From the human T2T-CHM13v2.0 reference genome, Homo sapiens, in assembly GCF_009914755.1 (NCBI RefSeq), contig NC_060929.1: a DNA stretch of 64,000 bases. One strand, 5' to 3'. Below are positions 29,469 to 46,000 of this stretch, piece by piece (position 1 is the stretch's first letter; the number at the start of each line of letters is the position of its first letter). A program made the translations under genes and the position numbers. The notes under the pieces were generated by a model, which worked only from the letters and a program-made list of their open reading frames with translations, did no database searches and was not told the DNA's origin.

Positions 29469-31497
29469 TTACAAAAAAAGAAACACTGACAGGGTGGCTA
29501 AGAGCTTGGGCTTTAGAGGCAGACAGACCAGGATTTTAAGTCTGCTTTAGTCTTTACTAGGCACATGACCTTGAACACATTATTTAGCCTCCCTGCAAGT
29601 CATTACATCATCTCTAAAAGGGTGGTAATACTCTTTGCCTCCCAGGATCACTGTCAGGATTGAATAAGACAATGCCTGTTACACCACTGCTTGTAGTAAG
29701 GGATTCGGAAAAGTAGCTCCTGGCACGTAGCGGACATTCAGCCCACATTTGTTTACTTGTTTGTACTTTTAAACTCCCTTCTATAGGCCACAGGGATTTT
29801 ATATCAGCATTGCATTTGGGGGAGTCAGGCTGTGTAAGCCTGTGGAATGGATAAATCAGCAAAGAGAAATAACAGAGTACCTTAAAATCCATGAGCAAAT
29901 GGTTGTGCTTTAGTTTTCAGATCCCAGGGCTGTTTTTAAACTTACCTTCCAATGGCCAAATCCTTTCTTAGAATGTGGGCTTAAACGTCCTTTGTTTATG
30001 GGGGATCTGCCTTTCAGAAAATCAATTCCTCACATCTGTGGCTTCAGGCTTTTTACTCAATCAGCCTCCTAACAAAGTAATTTTTCTGATTTTCAAGGGT
30101 GACCTAGTTGTACTGGTTTCAGTGAGCATTACATGGCCTTACCTGATTGTGTATAGTAAAAAGGAGCTGTTTCTTCCAGATTTGGAGCCTCAGAGAAACT
30201 CTCCTGATCTTCAGGCCTATTTCCTGTTCACTCATGTGCCAATATACCCTCTAGGTACCTGGATACAATTTGACATCCCACTGAAATGTGGGTGTTCTAA
30301 GCATCCATTCATCATAAAGTTTAGGGGCTTCAGATACCAGGATGGGTACTTGCTCTACTAAAATGGGATCCTTAGGAAATCCCGTTCAAGGATACCACTT
30401 CACTATGGGGTACTGATTTAGGGTCTCTCTCTGAATAAAATATCTTGTCAAAATCTGGTAGAATCACAAATTCTGATAAATGGCTGCCCAGTGGAGAAGT
30501 TTAGGGAAAATTATCTTACATTTTTCATCGAAGAACTGGTATTGTTGATTTAACCGTCTTTTCCCATCACCATTGTTCCTATAGCAATTTTTAGACTGGG
30601 TGGAGGAATCTACTTCTCATTTCAATTCGATTTGAGTGGCCCTGCCCTGCCCCAAGTTTATTATCCCCACTTCTGACCCTGTGTATAACTAGAATGAAAA
30701 GACTGGGCAGGAAACAAGACTAAAGGGACACAAAGTCCTGCTGATATCAAAAGTAATCTTCTAAAGTCCCAAAGAATTTATAGCTTGCCATTCCATATGC
30801 TTTTTGGAAGTTTTGCTTTAAATCCTTGTTACCCAATTTTGACCATACTGAATCATGTTATAGCATCAGATATAGACATAGCATCTCAGATATAGCCTAA
30901 ACCTCACCACCTCTCTCCATTTCTACTGCTGAGCCCAGAGCCCAGGCCATCTTCCACACACCACACAGTAGCCTCCTTACCAGTCACGAGTCCTGCTATG
31001 TTCTTGCCCCTCTACAAGGCTACTTTTCCACCACAAGACGAGGACAATAATTTTCAAATATATATCAGGTTATATGGCTCCTTTCCTTAAAACTTTTACC
31101 ACTTTCCTGTTGCCAGTAAATATACAACATGGCCCTCAGAGCCCTCAATGCTGCTTCCCTGTGGCATCAGCTCTCACTCCTCTTTCTCTAGCTCATTTCT
31201 CTGCAGTTACACTGGCATCTTTGCATTCCTTGAGCACAGCCTCGCACTTTCCTCAAGTCACTTGCATATGCTATTCCTTTACCTGGCATTTTCTATCACT
31301 AGAGTTTCATGTGCTGTGTGCCTCCTTGTCATTCAGGTCTCAGTCCAAGTGAAGCCACCTTGGAAACGACATCCTTGACCAAGCACTTTTAAAGTCACTC
31401 CCACTCACCCAGCTCACAGTCACAATTTCCTTTTTATTTGTACTTTTCATGGTGCTTATTCCTTCTGATATATTTTTATTGGTTGATTGATCTAGAT

Positions 31498-31827
31498 TGA
31501 GGTTGGCAAACTTCTGCCTACTGGCCAAATTCATCCCACCACCTATTTTTGTACAGCCCATGAGCTAATGGTTACATGTACATTTTTAAATGGTTGTAAT
31601 AAATCAAAAGAAGACCATTTTGTGACATGTGAAAATTATGAGAGATTAAAATTTCAGTGCCCATAAAGTTTTTCTGGAACATAGCTATGCTCATTTGTTT
31701 ATATATTATCTATATCTGCCTCTGCATGACAACAACAGAGATAAGTAGTGGCAACACAGACTATATGATCCACAAAGCCAAAGATATCTACCGTCTGGCC
31801 CTTTAGGATAAAGCTTGTCAACCCCTG
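31498..31827 (+). mobile_element. MER58B-like DNA transposon inserted into an L2 (~30880-31980)
   Basis: TIRs ggttggcaaactt...aagcttgtcaacccctg; degenerate 8-bp TSD atctagat/gtctggat; L2-like sequence on both sides. Confidence 0.8.
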
Positions 31828-34054
31828 GTCTGGATATGTATTTTCTTCATACTTCTCTACCTCCTAAATGTTCTAAAACGCCAACTCTTTAAAAGCAAGG
31901 ACCATATTTGTATTTTTATTATATTCACAGTGCCTAGAATATACTGAAACAGAGTAAGCACATACAAATAAAAGGTTGTTTATTACATCACTGGGAAGTT
32001 TATCAAATGTTTCTGGGCAATCAGAGAGCACACTATGCTAGCCCATATTTCAAAAGATCTGCCAATAAGTAAGGGAAAAAAATGCCTGCAAATTTAATAA
32101 AATAACACCTCAAGCAGAACTCAGATAAAGTTACACATAAACTTATTAACTTCAAATCTTTTAAGTGTGTTAATTTAGATAATCCTAGGTGCTGTAACAG
32201 ATAAACTCTGAAATCTCAGCTGTTTAATGCAAAAGAAGCTTTTTTTTGTTCACTCAGTGACCACTTTTTTGGCTGAGGGTTCTGGCTAAGACTCAGGCTC
32301 ATGGACCCTCCACTGTCTACTTGGGTCTTTCTGGATTTCAACATCCAGCTAACAGATAGGAATGAAAGAAAATGGCAACTCTGCTGGAGATTTTTGGGGC
32401 ATCAGCCTAGAAGAGATGCACATCACTTCTGTTGTATTCCGTTGGCCAGAACCCAGTTACTTGGCTCAATCAGAGGTAAAACAAGCTGGGAAATGTCATT
32501 GCTGGCCAGGTAGCCACTCTCCACCAACATCTCTACACCATGGAAGGAAAATAAGAATGCTTGGGAGTCAGCTAATTATCTTGGCCACAATAGACAACTT
32601 AGTCTTTAAAAATTGATACTAAAGGATCTTATTTTTTGAGGTAAGGGGCTGTGGTCTCAGAGGCAGCCTGGAGATACCAATTTCTGAATTTGATTTGATG
32701 ACTGTGCAATATAGATCAATTGAATTTTCAGTTCTATGATCATCTCCTTTTAAGACTTTCTCCACTTAAAAAATCTGATCTGTCATCTAGATTCATTTTC
32801 TACATTCAAAGAATCTTTAGAGGTAGATGGAAAACACGGAGATCAAAAATTATAACTGGCCCCAGGAGAAGACCTCTCACTGTCAGAATTGTTTAAATCC
32901 TCTCCTGACTGGTAGGCCCCAATCTTTACCAACTACTAACTCTGATTTACTTTTAGAAAGAATCAAAATTCCTGCATATCCTCAGTAGAGAATCAAAGTG
33001 CTGTATTATAATCCAACCATTTCCCAAAGAAAGGAAAATTTGCTCTAATCTCCAAAGTGCAATGTCTGTTCAAAAATCTTTGCCAGCTTTCTTTTCATCA
33101 AACTGTGGAACCAGATTTCTCAGTCTACTAGTTTACATGAGGCATAGGCATGAGGCTGAGTATCACTCAGCCCACTGACCCTGGCAATATTTTGTTTTAT
33201 CTCCCTACAAAAGAGTTAGAAATAAAATAGGTTTGTTTACAATTTCTAACTATTCTACTAGCTTTTGATATGAAAGTACCTAGCATATAAGCCAAGCTAT
33301 ACCACATTTTTTTAGAGATCCCAATTTAACAATAGTGCTAAAATTAATAAGTAGTGCTAGCTTTGAAGGACAACTATCCTTAAAAATTAAGGTATCTTTC
33401 TAAGCCATATACATCTGGCTTACACAGATTCATCTTGCTTTTTTTTCCTATCTTGTATGAAAACCTTGGGATTTTACGGCAGTTTTATAATTTTTAAACC
33501 ACATACCCTGAACATTCTATACATAAAGAAGGGTTATATTGTCAAGTGAATTTCAAAATGCTCTATAATGCATGCTTCTTTTGCAGATAATGTTCAACAG
33601 CAAATTGAAAACAGAAATGTCTTGTAGTATAGAAACCTGTTAACCTTCAACTAGGCACTACCCTAATGAATATCATTTTTTAGCTTACTGACAATATGAA
33701 CCATACACTGTGCTAATTGTTTTACATGCATTAACTAATGTAGTTCTCATAGCAGCCCATGAGGCAGGTACCATTGTTACATCCACTCTACAGATCAGGG
33801 ACTGAGGACCACAGAGGTCAGGTAACTTGCTCAAGCTGATAGTTGGTAATTAGGAAAGCCTAGCTTTTAAACCAGGTCTGGCCTGAGGCCAGAGACCAAG
33901 ATCTTGACCACTGGGCTCCCTCTTTTTTAAAATAATACATCTTAATACTCAGTGGCTTTTAGAGGAATTGGTTGCATGTCAAAGGAAGCAACTTCCTTTC
34001 TACTGATGGTTGTGCAGTTTGAGTAGGAATATTTAAACCTGTGGACTAATTGTG

Positions 34055-34172
34055 AAGAAGGAAGAAGAAAGACAGGAAGGAAAGGAGGAAGAATAGGAGG
34101 AAGGAAGGGAGAAAGGATGGATGACAGGGAAGAAAATGAACAAGAAGGAGGAGAAAGGGAAAAGAAAAAAAA
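34055..34172 (+). repeat. Purine-rich low-complexity (GGAA-like) tract
   Basis: gaagaaggaagaagaaagacaggaaggaaaggaggaag... Confidence 0.75.
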
Positions 34173-36030
34173 AACCTTAGGACCATCTATGAGGGGATAA
34201 ATCATATTTGACAGATATTTTCCCAGGTTTGTATTGATTTTATTAAATAATCTTACCTTTGAGGTCCACAAGACCTGGGTTCTATGTTCTGCCACTAATC
34301 TACTATATAACCTATTGTTTTGTTAGATCATTTAATCTCCCTAAGCCTAAGTTTTCCTATCTGTAAAGCAGAGAAAATAATCCTAAGCCTGCCTGCACTA
34401 TCTGCATAGTGTAAAGATGTTATAAAAGTACTGTGGAGATTTAAAAAACAAAACAATACCAAAGGAGAAAACTTTACATCATAATATACTACCAGAGTGC
34501 TTTTAAACATCTATTTTTCAGCTAGAAGGCTCCTTGAGAAAGGCAACTCTTGCGGGGAATCCCAATAGGTGAAATAGATAAAAAGCAGAGCTGAGCATTA
34601 GAGCAAGGATGAGGAAGCCAGAGCTCTCTCCTCTTCACTGCCCCTCACCACCTTCCATGAGCGGTGAAAGGCCCCACAAGTCTCTTAGGGTTCCCTAGAA
34701 CACAGTCCTTGCAAAAGCAAGGGAACTGAGACCACACTGTCTTGAGCAAATTCTGTGGTCTCTGCGCCTCTGCTTCTCCCTGTGAAAAAGGAAAAAGTTG
34801 GACAAAATGATTCTTCAGTCCCCTTCCAGTTCTGACATTCTAGAAACGTGAGTTTCTGGTTCTTCTGTCATTAGAAAGCAATGTCTCCTTCCACCTTGAC
34901 TAACAGCATCCCTCACAGGGAACATGGTACACATGCCTGCACTGAGGGTAAGCCTCCATGCAGTATCCTGAGAGACATGCTCCCCGTCAGACCTCCGAGC
35001 TGTCTCAGCATCGATAGGGTGCACCATGTCCATGCTGGGTCACTGCTGCCTGGATGCATTCATTCTGTCCACAAACATTTCCTGAGCTGCTTCTCTGGGA
35101 AAAGATGTTCTAGACTAAGACAGGAACTCTGGAACAAGTATGTTTATTTCAGTCTTGTCCATGAGAAACTCATAGCACCATGGAGAGATGGGGACAGACA
35201 CACAAACAGCTAGACCCAGTGTTCTAATGGGAACGTACACAAGGTACTCAGGGTTGTGTCTGGCATGCAGGGGGCACGTCCCTGGAGTTGGTCTCCCTGG
35301 CTCATATCCTGGCTCCACGGCTACCCTGTGGCCTTGGGAAAGTTACTTCACTTTCCACGTCTCGCTTTCTGCATACTTAAAATTGAAAGGATAATTAACT
35401 ACCCACTTCGCAGGTTTTGTGAGGATGAAAGGAGTTAAAACATAAAAAGCACTTTAAAAAGTCCCTGAAATGCAAGCATTCAGTAAATGATAACTAATAT
35501 GATTTCAAGTCCAGAGCCCAATCCCTTCTTAGGAAGAACAGCATAGTGGCTAAATGCAGCCTCTGGAGAGAGATTGTCAGGGTTCCAGGACAAGCTCAAC
35601 CACTTTGCAGCTACTTCACCTCGGGCAAGTTAACACACTCCCACAGGCCAGACGAAATGGCATGAAAACTGTTGAACACTTAGCCTCTGACATAGCAAGA
35701 GCATCATTAGTGCTGGCAATTATTGTTGTTAATGGCTGCGAGATTACAGGAAAAACTATTTCCAACTGAAGGAACTGGGAAAGACATGAAGGTGAAGGTG
35801 ACATTTCAGCTGACCATTTGGCAAATGCCTCAGTTTTTGTGAGCCTATGCTGAGTTCTGGCTGTTGATAGACCTGTTCATCCCAATGCATATGCACTTCT
35901 AGTTCTCTTTCCTTTTTCCTTTGTATCTAGAGCCAGCAGAATGATCACAAAACAAAACACAATTGTCTAAAGCAAATAGAGATTAGAGACAGAGATAAAG
36001 AGAGATAAGTATAGGAGGTATAGCTTTAGG

Positions 36031-36056
36031 GTGTGTATGTGTGTGTGTGTGTGTGT
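36031..36056 (+). repeat. (TG)n microsatellite
   Basis: gtgtgtatgtgtgtgtgtgtgtgtgt. Confidence 0.85.
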
Positions 36057-37213
36057 ATTAGTCAAGTCATTCTACTGTTTCCAAACTTTCAATGATCCCC
36101 TGTTGCCTTGAGGTGTAGTCTACACTGCTTAGCCTGGCCTTCAAAGCCATCTGCTACCTATACCCAGATACCTACTGCCCTTTTGGGCTAACTCTATCTT
36201 CCACCCAGGACCCACAGAACTTAAACATCTGGGCAGATTCCTGTCTTCATATCTTGGCTCATATTCTCCCTAACCTGAAAGGTTTTGGTCCAGACCATTC
36301 ATCTCTCATGATCATAAGCCCTGATTCCTCCTGTTGCATTTTTCCCTGTGTAAGATCCCACACTTGGCTTTTGCTTCTCTGAACTCCTTAGGCCCACTCA
36401 CTTGTCACTTCTGCGGCCATGTCATGTCTTCCCATGGTAGACCAGAGGCGTTCTCAGAGCAAGCCCTATCTCTCAGACTTCTTTGCATCTCGTCAACCCT
36501 GCCTGACAACAAGCAACACTAATGTTTTAGCTCAGAGCCTTGTGCACAATAGCAGTTCAATTAATATTTCTTGAAAGACCTTGGAAAATGAATTAGTATA
36601 AATAACCTACTCAAATTTGAAAAATTAATATTGTCAACCATAATTTTTAGGCACTCCTATATATTCAATATTGTAATAGTTTATACTTGGAGACAGAAGA
36701 AATTTTTAAAAATAAAGGATAAACAACCATCATAGGAAGTTAAATCTAGATGGAAAAATACAGTTAACCTAAAAATAAAGTAAAAGAATGTAATGTTTAA
36801 ATCATATGATTCCAACTATAGTTCAGAATGAGTTCACTGAAGTGCAGGGTTAGTACACATGGGGGAAAGAGGGGTTTGACCCTGTGAACAACTGCAGGGA
36901 ATTAAATCCCATGGTCCTGGCTTGCATTGTACAAAACAGACTGGCTGTGTAAACAGTTAAGCCCTTATCCCTCAGAGGTGGCAATTTCCAAACTGAACCA
37001 ATTATTGTGGGGATTTTCCCTGGGAGCAAAATTGGGGGCACCTGAAAAGCACTGTGCTTCTTATTATTTCTGTTTACCAATATTTTAGAGCTCGGTGTGT
37101 CCAATTCTTCATGAGCTCCTTACTTGCCTGTCTCTGGTATTGACTGGGTGACCCAGAGCAGGCCAGTTCAGAGGAGGCTGGCCCACCTGACACCTCCACT
37201 CTCTTCTCATTAA

Positions 37214-37369
<156 letters not shown>

Positions 37370-37996
37370 TAGGCCAGCACAAGGGTTTTCCACCAGGACT
37401 GAAAGCTGGCCTTTCTTCTTGCCAAAACTGTGTAATAGATAAAAGCAGCAAGTCGAAAAGGGAATGCCCTGAAAATGAGAGGCTCTGAGTTTTCACTCTG
37501 TATCTCTTAGTTTCACTGTCTCATCCTTTGTACCCTTGGGTAACTTACTTACTTTCTCTTGAGCCAGCTTTCCCATATTTAAAACATAAGAATGACACTA
37601 AATTGTGCTGGTTTTCATCTGTCCTCCCTCAGTAGAAGCTATTTTCAAAGAAAGTCCAATACATAAAGTAGCTGTAAGTGAAGATGCTGTAATTTTCAGT
37701 GACTGATCATGAGAAACCTGGAGCCTGTTTAGGGTCTATTTCTCCTTCAAGATGACCCCAGAGGTATTTCCAAAAAAATACAAAATATCCTGGAACATAA
37801 TTTGAAAAGCTGTATGCCATATCTCAGTGATAAAACATTCTTATTTTAACAAAGTTTGCTTCCTTAACACAAGAAGCTTGTAATGGGGTAGGGAGTGAAG
37901 ACATTTAGGAAGTGAATTGAGGGGCTAGAGAGCCTTCCCCAGTGTTAACCAAACATGATATTATGCTATGCCAAAGTCCTCCCTACCCATGGGTGA

Positions 37997-38350
<354 letters not shown>

Positions 38351-38461
38351 TAATTGAGTGTTGTTGCTGCTGAACAGATGAGTCATCCAAAATCCAATTT
38401 CTTCAGACACTCTTTGTTCAGGTTACTGGTCCCAGGTCCCTCAATCCCACTCAGAGTCTTG

Positions 38462-38469
38462 TGACGTCA
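38462..38469. promoter_or_regulatory. Full palindromic CRE (TGACGTCA), putative
   Basis: Exact motif in apparently unique intronic DNA 217 nt after the exon donor; function not shown. Confidence 0.4.
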
Positions 38470-39198
38470 GTTGATTGTCGTCCAACACAGGTGACAGCAT
38501 AGCTCCAAGATCAATTTTCTTGAGGCAGACTGCTGAGTTGTCTATACAAAGTCACTTGTGGCTCTCTCAGTATCAGTTTCTTCTCTGATATTAAATGCAT
38601 CTGGAGCCAACCTAACTTTCTAGTTACTTGCCTCTCTAGTTTCATGCTCTCTCATGAAATTTCCAATTCAGTCAAATGCCCCTTAATTACTCTGTTCCCT
38701 AGAGTGCTCCCTTCCACTCTCCACCCCTAAGATACTACTCCTTCAAAACCTATATCAAATAATACTTTTTTCAGGGTGTGTTTCTTTCTTTCTTCTCATA
38801 ATAGGTATGAATGTGCCTTTTAATTGTTCTCGCCTTCCCCTATAGAATTTAGTTGCTGGTTTTTTTTAATGGTTTACCCTGCCTTATATAACGGTTACCT
38901 GTGTAACAGGGGTAGGACTATTCTATCTTTATAGTGCTCACCACACTTGAAATAACTCCATGCACAATTGCTATAAAATCTTCAATAAATTACAGCAGTT
39001 TTGAAAAGCTGCTGAATGTCCCACATTGTTTTAAGCATTTGGGGAATTATTGAGAAGCAAAAGATTTGATCTTTTGCTTAATACTTTATGAGGTAGAAAA
39101 GACCCCATCTTTTAACATTTTATGGGGTAGAAAAGACAATGTGAGAAAATAGTAAAAGGTAGTATAGAATAAGGAGTCTATATTGTATGGCTCAGCTA

Positions 39199-39575
<377 letters not shown>

Positions 39576-40504
39576 CATATGAGAGAAAAGCAGCCCAGGA
39601 ATTTTTAAAGTATAAACAATAGGATGGTGGTGGAAATAAGTAAGGTGTGAGAGGAGAATGAGAAAACGCATGGTTTTTGTTGAGGACTTGGGTTGAAGAG
39701 TAGTCAGGGATACATATGAGTAAAAAATAGCAAGAGGAAGAGTGTGGATGATTCAGTGGGCATTGGGAGATCACGAAGGTATTTGAGTAGAGAGACAACA
39801 AAAGGCAATGGAAGAAGCCTCCAGCTGCCTTGTGCAGGGAAGGGACCACCACGGCTTCACTCATAGAAACTAAAACACATGCCAAGCCCCAGGTCAATGT
39901 TAAGTGCTCATAAGGACAAGCAGCCACTGAGGAAGATGATAAATCTTGTTTCATATCAGGGCAAGAGGAGCCATGATGGCCCTGAGAGACATACAAAGGG
40001 AATTCAAAGAAGAAAAAGATGGAATAAAGGAAATCTTCCTCAGGGAGGTAGCTTTTGAGATGACATGTGAAGGTGGTTATTGAGTTGGGGAATGGGATGT
40101 GCTTCTCTCCTTTCTTATTCCCTTTACCACCTCTCACTTTGGGAAGCTCCATGGACAAAAGGTAGAGACCTGGATAGTACATGCTGCATCTGGAGGCTGG
40201 TTTCCATGGGAACTCCCATCAAGCTCTTAAGGTCATCCCCATGGCAACTGCTGTGCACTTTTCACCTTCTCTAGCATTTATCTTCACCTTCACCTCATGT
40301 AATGTGGTTTGCTTGGTTAAAAGTCTGCAGTGTGGGCAGAACAATGCCAGGATCATCCCCAGTAGCCAACACAGCTGGTGGTGAGTCACTGGCACAGCAG
40401 GGCTCAGGCCAGCTGGAGTTACCTATGGGTGCCTCAGCAGCCAGGCCTGCCTCAGTAGCCTCCTCCTTATCAGGCCTATTCCTCTGCCCAGTAAAAACTG
40501 TTCT

Positions 40505-40790
40505 GACCAGGTGCGGTGGCTCATGCCTGTAATCCCAGCACTTTGGGAGGCTGAGGCGGGTGGATCACGAGGTCAGGAGATCTAGACCATCCTGGCTAAC
40601 ACAGTGAAACCCCATCTCTACTAAGAATACAAAAAATTAGCCGGGCATGGTAGTGGGCGCCTGTAGTCCTAGGAATTCGGGAGCTGAGTAGTTAAGGCAG
40701 GAGAATGGCGTGAACCTGGGAGGCGGAGCTTGCAATGAGCCAAGATGGTGCCGCTGTACTCCAGCCTGGGCGACAAAGCGAGACCCGTCT

Positions 40791-40827
<37 letters not shown>
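40505..40827 (+). mobile_element. AluY with A36 tail
   Basis: AluY diagnostics (gagatc..gaccatcctggctaac, gagaatggcgtgaacc, gcggagcttgca); uninterrupted A run at 40792-40827. Confidence 0.9.
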
Positions 40828-40830
<3 letters not shown>

Positions 40831-41784
40831 TATGTTCTGAAGACTCTGTGATGGCCCCAGTCGGATGCTCAGCCTTTCTTTTTAGTTTGGCTTTCCTTTT
40901 CTGTTCCCTTGGGGAAGAACCAAGTGATTTGGAGAAGCATCTCTCAACCACCAACCACCAGAGATCAAGAAAAATTCATTTGGAGGCTTCCAAATTTATT
41001 CTTTCTGTGGCTTTCTAAATAACTAAGTCGATCAGGCTCTCTCTTATCTTCCTTTTGCTCCCTCTTTTTCCGTCAATAATGATAGTAGTCACATTTCATC
41101 GTGTAGCGTGTGCCAGGTGCTATGTTGAATACTTTACTCACATTCTTTCATTTACTCTGCATATCGACTTCATGAGGTGGGTAAGATTACTGTTTACATT
41201 TTATAGATGAGGACACTGAGGCCCTCTAGGTTAGATAATTTGGCAAAGGAAACACAGCTAGTGAAAGCAGAGTCAGAACATGCAGCTCTGGCTTTTGTAC
41301 TCCACACTGGGACATACTGCCTCTGTAGAAATCCCACCATCCAAATGCTAGGCGGTAAAACCAATATTAACTGAGAGAACAGCAAATGTCTGCATTTGCA
41401 GATGCCATATGCTGCAAATGAAGTTTCTGCTCCTCACATGGTATATCTTGGTGCCTCCTTCACAGCTGTCTTTACTGTCTGTCCTTTGTCTTGGTAAAGC
41501 AGAAAGAGAGTGAGCTTTGCAGACAGACACCTGGATTTGAGTTCCAACTCTGCCAACTTGCTGGCCCCGACTTTTCCGGGGCCACCCCTGTGAAACAAGG
41601 AACGTGAATTCTTTACCACAGGCTGTGATGGGGAATATTCATTTATGCAGGGCCTGGCTCAGAGCAGATCTCCATTTCTGATAGTTTTATTCACTTTATG
41701 CTTTTTTCTACCACATGAAAACTATATGCTGTTTTCCCAGGATAGTTTCTAGACATCACGTATTTTGTTTTGGGATCTGCTAGG

Positions 41785-41961
41785 TCAGTGATTCTAGAGG
41801 TGTGGTCTTTGGACCAATAGCATTAGCACCACCTGGGAACCTATTAGAAATGCAGATGTTCACATCTCACCCCAGGCCCACTGAATCTAGAAACTCTGGC
41901 GTGTGTGTCTTTAAAAGCCCTCCTGGTGATTCTGCTGCACACTCAAGTTTGAGAGCCATTG
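41785..41961. mobile_element. MER5A DNA transposon fossil
   Basis: cagtgattct...accacctgggaacctattagaaatgcag...ggtgattctgctgcacactcaagtttgagagccattg. Confidence 0.8.
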
Positions 41962-42625
41962 TCCTAAGATGTCAGTTTAAGAAAATAATTTTGACTGCTC
42001 ACATTTCACAGTACTCTCATGTATTTTGAATTATCTTGACCCTCACAAAACAAGCCTGTGAAATTGGTGAAACAAGAATTATTATGCCTGCTTTTAAAAT
42101 GAGGAAATTGACATCCAAAAAGACAACTGTTTCTTTTGAGGCTACACAATCAGCCAGTTGCAGAGAAGAGCAGCCCGGTCTGAGATCCGCTGTGCCCTCC
42201 ACTACCCAGTGAAGCTCCAGTGAGAACCTCAGTTATTGGTGGTGGAAATCAACTTCTGAGGCCTCTCAGTCAATATTAACCAAGCTAAAATACTACTGCT
42301 TTTCACAAACCACCTTCCCTCTCTAGATATGAGTTTCTTATCTGTAAAATGAAGTAGTTGAACTTAGCATCTCCCAGTATGTGTGTATCTTACATACATG
42401 GGTACCTCTTGATGCTTAGGAAGATGAATGACCCATGGCCAAATAGTTTTGGAAATGCCACATTCTACTTACTCCTCTTGGAAATTCTCAGTGCATTGTG
42501 GTCATCTAAAGGTTCTGGGAAGTTCTGCCCCAAGCATGTTTATTTTTATGTTATTTTCATGTTATTAACCATCCTTCCAGAAATAATGTTCTATTGAACA
42601 AATTTTTGAACTACAAAATGAACTA

Positions 42626-42935
<310 letters not shown>

Positions 42936-44836
42936 GCAATATGGATCAATGATTTCCAGTCTATGATCTCTTATTAAATCACATTAGGAAGCATCCAACA
43001 AATCCATGCAATATCATTTACCCCTTTCAGAGCTGGTCTTCATCCACCTCCCTTCCGGATAACTTGTGGTCAATCCCTCCAAGTCATTTCCATTACTTGT
43101 CTCCCCCATTCTTTTTCTGTTGGTTTACAAACAAAAAAGTAAATACCTTCTCCCCTGTACTGTCTTGTATTTGTAAAAATTACCAAGATTTATGCAGTGG
43201 GTATTAGGGGAAAAAACAGAATTGCTATGAAATTTACACCTGACTTCACATTAATTAATGGAAAGTTTCTTTCTACAAGTGAAAACTTAATTCATCCTGA
43301 AGCCAGGCTTTCTATTCCACTTAAAGCACCTTCTCAATAATCCCAGACAATGAAAGTAACCAGAGGAAATCTCTAAGCAACAGCCAACTGGTGGGTGGTC
43401 AGCACCCTGACCTGCATAGCATCTGTCACCAGCTTCACTTCTGGGCTGTTGTACAGCATAAGAGAAAGCCATTTGCCTTGAACAGACCTGCATAGGCATG
43501 TCTCTCATCTCAGAAATGAATGCTATGGCATCTCTCCATGGAAATCCTCTTAGGTTTCCAGGATCTCTTGATCTCAGGCCAACAGGAGCAGTGGATTTCT
43601 GTTGAGTAGATGCCAGTGCTTCTGCCATTGGAGAGAGGTAGGAAAGACAGGAGAACAAGGCATGGTTGGTGATTCCATGTGCTGGGTGCCTAAGGATGAA
43701 TATTTCTTGCAACCTTTTTATGTTTATCTGCATGCTGGATTTGAAATTTAAAAACTGTATTATATATGTATTTCTTAGACTTCTTCCTGAAGAAGAAAAT
43801 GACTGCAATACTACTTTACCTTTTCATCACAGGCTATTATTCCCATGGTTCCCTCCTCCTGGAATGCTGTTCCATGCCAGAGCAACCTGTCAAAGTCCTA
43901 CCCCTCTTTCAATGCCAACTTTATATGCCACCTCTTCCAAGATGCAGTCCCCTATCTCCGCAGCCAGAATGAATCCCTCCCTGGTCTCTGGCAGAACTCT
44001 GTATATCTTGGATAACACATACCCCTTCCACCTTGTAGATTGGAAAATTGTTTGTGTGTTTCAATGTCTCCTAATTTGTAATTTCCTGAGGGTGGGGACC
44101 ATAGTCTACCTACAACTTTCAGCCTGCAGATTGCACATAGTAAGTGTTCAATAAATATCTATTGAGTTAAATTGACCTTTACTCAGGACTATCTTGGTTG
44201 CAGGAAAAAGAAACCCAATTCAAACTGACTTAGGCAAACTGACACATTGTCTCATGTTCTTGGATTCCTCTGTGTCAATACAGAGGGATGTATTGACACA
44301 GATTCTGAGGGAATCCAGGGTAAGCCCTGAATTTACAGTTGCCTGAATTATGACATAAGGGGTCATCCTCTGCATCTCTCAGGACTAATTCTCACTAAAC
44401 CCATTTGAGTCCTATGTCATCCCTGAATGGATGATTCTGGCCAGGGTAGTGGGGTACATGGATTGACCGGGACCTGGGTCACCTGCTTCCCCATGTAGCC
44501 AGAGTGATCAGACCCATTCCAACCTGCAGGATTGAGAGTGGGGCAAGAATGGTTCTCCTGCCAGAGGAAGGGAGTGGGGCTGCTGAGCAGGCAAAAACAA
44601 CAGATACCACAACAGCTTCCTTCTTGTAGTATGAGGAAGATGCCTCTAACATTTAGAACAGTCAAATAACTAGAAAATCTCTTGTAAGATATTGAGCTGA
44701 CCATCCATTCATCAAAAATATTTTATAGAGTAGGAGGGGTTGGACTTCAAAGGTTCTTTCCCACTCTCATATCCTTTAAGACACAAAAGAATAGTCACAA
44801 TGAGAAGAAAAACAAGAGAATGAAAAGGGCTGCTGA

Positions 44837-45326
<490 letters not shown>

Positions 45327-46000
45327 AAATACTGAAAAGTAAAGAGATGAATTATTTCAGACCACTGTATTCAGTTTTTCAACTATTCTTTACAATCAAC
45401 TGTCCATTGCACGCTGTGGATTATCTGGATCATCCTGTAGCTGGGCCATCTCTGTCTGCTCTCTGGGTTGATGTGCTCTGTCAAGGTTAATAGGCATAAT
45501 TATGACTGATGCGTTGTAGCTGAAAGGTACAGAGGAAAGAAGGGAGCATTGTGTGGTACAACTAACACTTATGGAGCACCTACCAAATGCCAAGCAAGGT
45601 TCTGAGTCCTGTACATGCCTTATCTCATTGAGTCCTTACAGGAACATAAGGTGGTACTCCCATCATGTCTCTTTTTACAAATGAGGAACCACAGAAATGT
45701 TGAATATCTTGCCAATGTTACACAGCTAGTAGGCAAGTGAGTTGAGATTCAGAATGCTGTCCTTTCCTACTTCTGCATGGTGGGAAGAGCACTGGATTAT
45801 GAGTAAGTTCTAGCACTGGTTCTAGCACATGGGCCCTTTATGCGGCTCTCAGAAAGTCACCTCACCCTAGTAGATGTTGGCGTCTTCATCTTAAAGAGAA
45901 AAAACTTCTCCTTTTCTTTGGTTCTGAGAAAGACTCTGGAAATAATCTAGTTCCAGTGATGATGGAAATTTGTTTCTTGTAATTAAAAAGTGGAATTTCA

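Noticed and set aside
43287-44154. Overlapping 173-aa (-) and 162-aa (+) ORFs
   Set aside because: No family similarity, partly in L2-like sequence, no splice or promoter support
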